From positions 1 to 27,719 of the IMG/VR virus record IMGVR_UViG_3300044448_001601: a DNA stretch of 27,719 nt. One strand, 5' to 3'. This document shows positions 23,314 through 27,719 of this stretch, in pieces. The DNA is from a virus. Its lineage: Duplodnaviria > Caudoviricetes. The notes beneath the pieces are model-generated. The model was given only the letters and a program-made list of their open reading frames with translations. It had not been told where the DNA came from and did not search any database. Made by a program: the position numbers and the translations under genes. Positions within the stretch are counted from its first letter, which is position 1; every line of letters starts with the position of its first letter.

Positions 23314-25973
23314 TTTACGTTTTTCATCCTAAATACTATGTTAATATCATTAATCTCAAAATCAGCAGGAACACTAGTTCCGTTCATATAAAACTTTGTA
23401 CTATATATATTGTTGCCATCAGAAGCAGATGTAGGTTTTAATTCTGCTAAAGTCCAATCAGTTGTAGAACTTTTATCTAGTAAAGGAGTATCGTCACTGT
23501 TGAATTGTTTATAATTAGAAACATTAGTTTCTCCATTAACTGCAAACTTGCAAGTAACTCCACTACCATCACCTCTATAAGTTAGATATATTTTATGAAG
23601 TTTCTTTCTTTGGCCCGGTTGATTAAATGCCATATCTTTAGTTTGAAATTTTATATTCCCAGCAGATGAGGTATCATCCCATTTTTTAAAAGATACATCA
23701 GAAGTGCTTGTCTTAGCATGAATTAAATCATGATTCCAATCAACTACAAAGTTAGATTTTTTATTACTATCATCAAATTTTGAATCACCAGTAACCCAAC
23801 TTTTAGTTACTAAATCATATAAATAAATATCTCCTAACCCACCACTTCCAGCAGTTCTTACAACTATAATTTGTCTTTTCTTAGGTAAGTATCCACACAT
23901 AGGATTAGTACCTACATGAGTAGCCCAATCACTTTCTTTAATAATCTGAACACCATTCTTTTCTAATAAGTCATGCACTTGCCTTCCATCGTACAAATAA
24001 CAACCTTCTTCATTTACCCAAGCTACCCCATAATCTGTCTCAGCAACTGAAGCTGGAGTTTTAACTCCTTTGTGCATATGTGTATCTTCTAAAAATTCTA
24101 TTTCTTGAGATACATTTATTATATGCATTTTATGTTCTTTAAATTGCAATATTCTGTCTGCGTATGCTGATAATGCAATTATAGAATCCCCATCTCTTAC
24201 AGAAGCTTCTATTATTCTATTTGAAGGAAATACATCAAATTGATTTACATTGGATTTTAACATACCATCAGACCTTGTTTCAACGGTACCATCCTCATTT
24301 TGAAGTTGTATATTAGCTATGTAAGCAACTCTATTAGCAACAACAGCTGTTTTATATTTTGAAGAAATTGATTTTTCATTAGAGCTTACACCTGTAATAC
24401 TTTCATATGAGCCAAGAAGATTTGGAGTAAGTAAATTTTCCCTATCTATTGTACAATGGTATTCTTGAACAGTGCCATCGTATATAAATTGTTTATCAAC
24501 TCCATTTGGATATACACTGCCAACGCCTTTTACTAAGTCATAAGTTGTTTGAAGATACCAATCTGTTTTTTGAGTTTCATCTTCTTCTCTCATATATAGA
24601 TTGATACCAGTGATTCTTTTATTCCAATTAACATATTTTATATTAAGTTTTATAGTTGGACAATGGGCAGTATTAGAAACAGTGTACGTTGTTGATGTTT
24701 GATTATCTTTATCCCATAAAGTTCTTATTAAACTTTCTTGTTTTTCGTCATATATAAAAGAACACCCTATATTCCATTTCTTATCCCAACCAACGCCAGT
24801 CCCAGAGCTTGCAGTTTGAAATACTATTTCAGGAATAACCTCATGCTCTGAAAGATAATGATCGCCTGCGGATACTATGGCTTGCGTAATCACTACTTTT
24901 TTTATTGTTAGACTTTGAATATCAGCGTCTAAAGCCTCTGCCGATATATTAGCTCTTATACCTTTTGTTGTTTCTCCATCAGCTATTTGAATTTCACTAG
25001 GACTTGTGTTAGTTCCATCCGCAACTGTGCTTGTAACTGGAAAAGAAAATGTCATTTCTGCTTCATATGTATTATCACTTACTTCAGTTCCCCAGTTTCC
25101 ACCAATTTTTGTATAAGTTGATTCATGAGTTAATGATTCAGTACTATTCCAAGATGAGCTACTATCAGCTGCTCCACATTTAAAAACAAATGTCATATTT
25201 GTGTCCATAGGGTCATCTTCAGTAACATATTTAAACGTAACAACCATCTTTGCTACATTTATAAAATCATCACCAGCGTCATTTGTATTGTCATGAATAT
25301 CGTTTTGATTCTTAAACCAATCATCTGCATTTATACTGTCATATGTGTGGCTAGTCCCGTAATTAGTCCCAAGTACTTGGATTGCATTATCCCAATTAGA
25401 AGCTGAAGATGGTTTTTCAATTTTAGAACTAACTGAATACCATTGGTCTATATTCCGCTGAAGGCTTTCTTGAAACATTTTTCTTTTTATGTAACCATAC
25501 CATCTATTATGGCTTAAATCAGCAAAGGAACCATCTGATATTCTTAAAGCCCCGTCCACATTATAGAAAGATGGTTTTAAATCTACACCTGAATCTGGTT
25601 GACCTAAATCTATTATACTATATCCCCAACTGTCACTAGCTCTTGAATAAACATCAACAACTGCATCAGTCTTGTTTATAAAGAATAAGTAATCATCTCC
25701 AGTCTCAGCTGCGTTAATTGCACTTGCTGCTGCTAAATTACCTTTAGTCATATCATGACTCATATAATGCAAACAATAGCCGGGGGTAATAGATACTCCA
25801 GTTAAAGTAGGAGCGTCATGAGCTACATTAGAGCCCATCATTCTTACCTTACCTATTTCATCTACCATAATATCTTGAGCTAAAGAAAGTTCTTCAACCT
25901 TTATATCTCTTGGGTCTGCCTGACTATTTAATCCACCGTGAAATGGATTGATTTCCATTATTTGTTTAGGCAT
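23310..25973 (-). CDS. tail tube/nozzle (DNA-stabilisation) protein, T7 gp12 / P22 gp10-like
   Basis: 887 aa, beta-rich. N-terminal F.GGLN...DPRDI, GDSIIAL...DRILQFK, GVAWVNEEGCYLYDG and C-terminal FQTKD..F..PG..KK resemble podovirus stabilisation/nozzle proteins. It lies directly upstream of the ejection genes. Confidence 0.7.
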   Translation of the reverse strand: MPKQIMEINPFHGGLNSQADPRDIKVEELSLAQDIMVDEIGKVRMMGSNVAHDAPTLTGVSITPGYCLHYMSHDMTKGNLAAASAINAAETGDDYLFFINKTDAVVDVYSRASDSWGYSIIDLGQPDSGVDLKPSFYNVDGALRISDGSFADLSHNRWYGYIKRKMFQESLQRNIDQWYSVSSKIEKPSSASNWDNAIQVLGTNYGTSHTYDSINADDWFKNQNDIHDNTNDAGDDFINVAKMVVTFKYVTEDDPMDTNMTFVFKCGAADSSSSWNSTESLTHESTYTKIGGNWGTEVSDNTYEAEMTFSFPVTSTVADGTNTSPSEIQIADGETTKGIRANISAEALDADIQSLTIKKVVITQAIVSAGDHYLSEHEVIPEIVFQTASSGTGVGWDKKWNIGCSFIYDEKQESLIRTLWDKDNQTSTTYTVSNTAHCPTIKLNIKYVNWNKRITGINLYMREEDETQKTDWYLQTTYDLVKGVGSVYPNGVDKQFIYDGTVQEYHCTIDRENLLTPNLLGSYESITGVSSNEKSISSKYKTAVVANRVAYIANIQLQNEDGTVETRSDGMLKSNVNQFDVFPSNRIIEASVRDGDSIIALSAYADRILQFKEHKMHIINVSQEIEFLEDTHMHKGVKTPASVAETDYGVAWVNEEGCYLYDGRQVHDLLEKNGVQIIKESDWATHVGTNPMCGYLPKKRQIIVVRTAGSGGLGDIYLYDLVTKSWVTGDSKFDDSNKKSNFVVDWNHDLIHAKTSTSDVSFKKWDDTSSAGNIKFQTKDMAFNQPGQRKKLHKIYLTYRGDGSGVTCKFAVNGETNVSNYKQFNSDDTPLLDKSSTTDWTLAELKPTSASDGNNIYSTKFYMNGTSVPADFEINDINIVFRMKNVK

Positions 25974-26196
25974 TTTCTTCTGATTCTATATCTTCTACAA
26001 TTAGATTCTGAGCATGTTCTGGTAATTCACATATAGAACATGAGTCTTCTGTAAAATCATATTCTGAATTAGCATCATGGTCAAAAGCGTCTATGCGAAG
26101 ACCACCTTCAACTCCTTCTAATGCACCACCCTTTACTTCTCGTAACGCTTGGCGTACGGAATTAGATTGTTCAAAGCTTCTTTTCGATTGCGACAT
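25966..26196 (-). CDS. hypothetical acidic protein with CxxC (76 aa, start revised)
   Basis: ATG at 26196 with AAGGAG at 26205-26210; CSIC motif; overlaps the start of the tail-tube gene. Confidence 0.6.
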   Translation of the reverse strand: MSQSKRSFEQSNSVRQALREVKGGALEGVEGGLRIDAFDHDANSEYDFTEDSCSICELPEHAQNLIVEDIESEENA

Positions 26197-26300
26197 CCTC
26201 CACACTCCTTTATTTTTCCTCTGGTGACAGTTTTAATTACACGACTAACGGTGTCACCAAAACCTTTATCATGTCCAAATAAATCAACTCTCTTAGGCAC
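26133..26300 (-). CDS. small basic CxxC protein (55 aa, not in ORF track)
   Basis: Translated by hand: MPKRVDLFGHDKGFGDTVSRVIKTVTRGKIKECGGCRNRKEALNNLIPYAKRYEK. GTG start after AAGGA. Confidence 0.7.
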   Translation of the reverse strand: MPKRVDLFGHDKGFGDTVSRVIKTVTRGKIKECGGCRNRKEALNNLIPYAKRYEK

Positions 26301-26442
26301 GATGTTTATCCTTTATTTTCTTTTCTGGTGATTGCCTCATTTGCCATTCTAAGGCAGTTTTCTTTTTACCATACGATGTGCAATCTTTCATATTTTTATA
26401 ACCCATCTTTTTCCAGTTCTTACATTTTTCTTTACTTGGCAT
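26293..26442 (-). CDS. small basic protein (49 aa, not in ORF track)
   Basis: MPSKEKCKNWKKMGYKNMKDCTSYGKKKTALEWQMRQSPEKKIKDKHRA; TAATG coupling at 26442 and AAGGAG RBS. Confidence 0.7.
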   Translation of the reverse strand: MPSKEKCKNWKKMGYKNMKDCTSYGKKKTALEWQMRQSPEKKIKDKHRA

Positions 26443-26711
26443 TATTTATCTCCTTTGTAAAATGGAGCTCCACCTTTAGTAGGGTTATATCCATGTTGTT
26501 TTGTTGTTCTAGTTCTTATTGAATACATTACCTTACATTGCCTTTTTTGACCATCTGTCTTGGCATTTTTCATACATTCAATTAATCTATTAGACGCACT
26601 CTTTTTACTTGGTTTAGCCATATTGTATCTCCTTCTACCGCCTGTTTTTAATTTACTTCCTTTACCTGTGTCCTTAGAAGAAACATCAGATAATCCAATT
26701 ACGTCAGCCAT
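26442..26711 (-). CDS. hypothetical basic protein (89 aa)
   Basis: Overlaps both neighbours; Lys/Arg-rich. Confidence 0.65.
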   Translation of the reverse strand: MADVIGLSDVSSKDTGKGSKLKTGGRRRYNMAKPSKKSASNRLIECMKNAKTDGQKRQCKVMYSIRTRTTKQHGYNPTKGGAPFYKGDK

Positions 26712-26850
26712 TTATACCCATTCTACTATTTAGTTTAGCAACTTTATCTTTTAAATCTTCTAACTCATCTAATAAAAAAGTAATTGCCTTACTGAGTTCA
26801 CCTTGAACATTGTCTTTTTTTGTTGTTTTTTGTTCTTTTGCTTTTGGCAT
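26704..26850 (-). CDS. small coiled-coil protein (48 aa, start revised from 26922)
   Basis: AAGGA precedes the ATG at 26850 (MPKAKEQ...); heptad pattern LLDELEDLKDKVAKL. Confidence 0.65.
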   Translation of the reverse strand: MPKAKEQKTTKKDNVQGELSKAITFLLDELEDLKDKVAKLNSRMGING

Positions 26851-26860
26851 AGTATTTCCT

Positions 26861-27055
26861 TTATTTAGCTCCGAAGACCTTTGACCAGAATCCTTTCTTT
26901 TTCTTCTTACCTTTCTGTCCAATCTTCTTACCTTTTTTCTTTTTCTTTTTTACATCTTCCATAGCAACTATAGCTGAATCTGTTTGTACTGGTTCGGGCT
27001 TCGCGGGGCTACCATTAACTATTGCCATGAAAAGTATCATTTCAATTACTTTCAT
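26861..27055 (-). CDS. small protein with hydrophobic N-terminus and poly-Lys tail (64 aa)
   Basis: ATG at 27055 just after the upstream stop; MKVIEMILFMAIV...KKKKKKGKKIGQKGKKKKKGFWSKVF. Confidence 0.6.
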   Translation of the reverse strand: MKVIEMILFMAIVNGSPAKPEPVQTDSAIVAMEDVKKKKKKGKKIGQKGKKKKKGFWSKVFGAK

Positions 27056-27056
27056 T

Positions 27057-27233
27057 TTAGACACCTAACCTTTTTAACAATACTCCTTTGATTATTTTCC
27101 AAAGAGCTTCTAGTATTGCTTTTTCTGTTTTTTCACTAATTATTGGGATATCAACAGCTTTGTTAATTTCATCAATAATCTCATCTTTTGTTTTATCAGA
27201 TAATAACTCATCTGCAATCATCTTAACTAACAT
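27057..27233 (-). CDS. hypothetical protein (58 aa, start revised from 27329)
   Basis: AAGGAG RBS and TAATG coupling at 27233 (MLVKMIADELL...VDIPIISEKTE). Confidence 0.75.
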   Translation of the reverse strand: MLVKMIADELLSDKTKDEIIDEINKAVDIPIISEKTEKAILEALWKIIKGVLLKRLGV

Positions 27234-27379
27234 TACGACTCCTTTATTTTCTTTGTTTTTAAATATAAATAATAAATCTGAACTGCAAACATTATACACA
27301 TTAAAATGCCTGACAATAAATCTGTCCAATATACAAATCCTAATCCTGTTGTCATCCCAGTTACCCTTAAACTATCCAT
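27233..27379 (-). CDS. small membrane protein, holin candidate (48 aa, not in ORF track)
   Basis: MDSLRVTGMTTGLGFVYWTDLLSGILMCIMFAVQIYYLYLKTKKIKES; TAATG-coupled at both ends; hydrophobic core and basic C-terminus. Confidence 0.65.
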   Translation of the reverse strand: MDSLRVTGMTTGLGFVYWTDLLSGILMCIMFAVQIYYLYLKTKKIKES

Positions 27380-27696
27380 TAATGTTTCCCATTTATTCTA
27401 CTTAAAGAACCATCTATTCTTGAAACTTGATTATCTAAATCATTTATTTCTTTTGTTAATGCATCAAACTTTCTATCTAATTTATCATCCGATTGATTCC
27501 ATCTTCCAATAAGTTTAATGACCATCGACTCCATATTTTCAAGAGTTTCTGATTGTCCCCTATTTTCTGTTTTTAAATCTTCTAATACTTCTTGTTGCTT
27601 AGCTGCTTTATTTGACATTTGCACTACTAAATATACAAACATAGCACCAACAACACCAATCATGCCAGCTTCACCGTATAATGCTAAAAAATCCAT
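27379..27696 (-). CDS. N-terminal transmembrane plus coiled-coil protein, holin/lysis-type candidate (105 aa)
   Basis: TM segment GMIGVVGAMFVYLVV followed by long heptad repeats; AGGA RBS. Confidence 0.6.
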   Translation of the reverse strand: MDFLALYGEAGMIGVVGAMFVYLVVQMSNKAAKQQEVLEDLKTENRGQSETLENMESMVIKLIGRWNQSDDKLDRKFDALTKEINDLDNQVSRIDGSLSRINGKH

Positions 27697-27719
27697 TATT
27701 TCTTCTTCCTACCTAATGC

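Noticed and set aside
9092-27512. Plus-strand ORFs inside the late arm (e.g. 9092, 11163, 11396, 13115, 19436, 21271, 22914, 23147, 23238, 26149, 26328, 27088, 27306)
   Set aside because: They are antisense to a continuous, coupled - strand operon and have the Ser/Leu/Ile/Phe-rich composition typical of shadow frames.
1-27719. Stop-codon reassignment as in some crAss-like phages
   Set aside because: Standard-code ORFs tile the window densely, including a 9-kb ORF, and TAA, TAG and TGA all end genes at sensible boundaries.

Overview
An AT-rich fragment of a tailed dsDNA phage genome with two convergent arms meeting at about 8125-8167. The left arm (+ strand, 1-8124) is a replication and recombination module: Cas4-like exonuclease (5'-truncated), Sak/Rad52-like annealing protein, SSB with a DDDVPF tail, DUF932-like protein, D12-class DNA adenine methylase, DnaB helicase, RuvC-like resolvase and small hypotheticals. 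The right arm (- strand, 8168-27696) is a late module: small membrane/holin-like and basic genes, a podovirus-type tail tube/nozzle protein, and a translationally coupled block of five probable internal virion (ejected) proteins. The main finding is the 2989-aa protein (11017-19986). It carries, in the right order, the signatures of a single-chain two-barrel (double-psi beta-barrel) RNA polymerase of the crAss-like virion type (FD...KP...K...SGAKV, then R-x-P...GFL...GN...GDYDVDK). It sits in a Shine-Dalgarno-led genome that does not look like a Bacteroidota crAss-like phage. Also notable are near-total GATC avoidance despite a Dam-family gene, a palindrome plus a structured element at 2428-2566, and four small genes missing from the ORF track. 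All calls come from reading motifs by eye; no searches were run.
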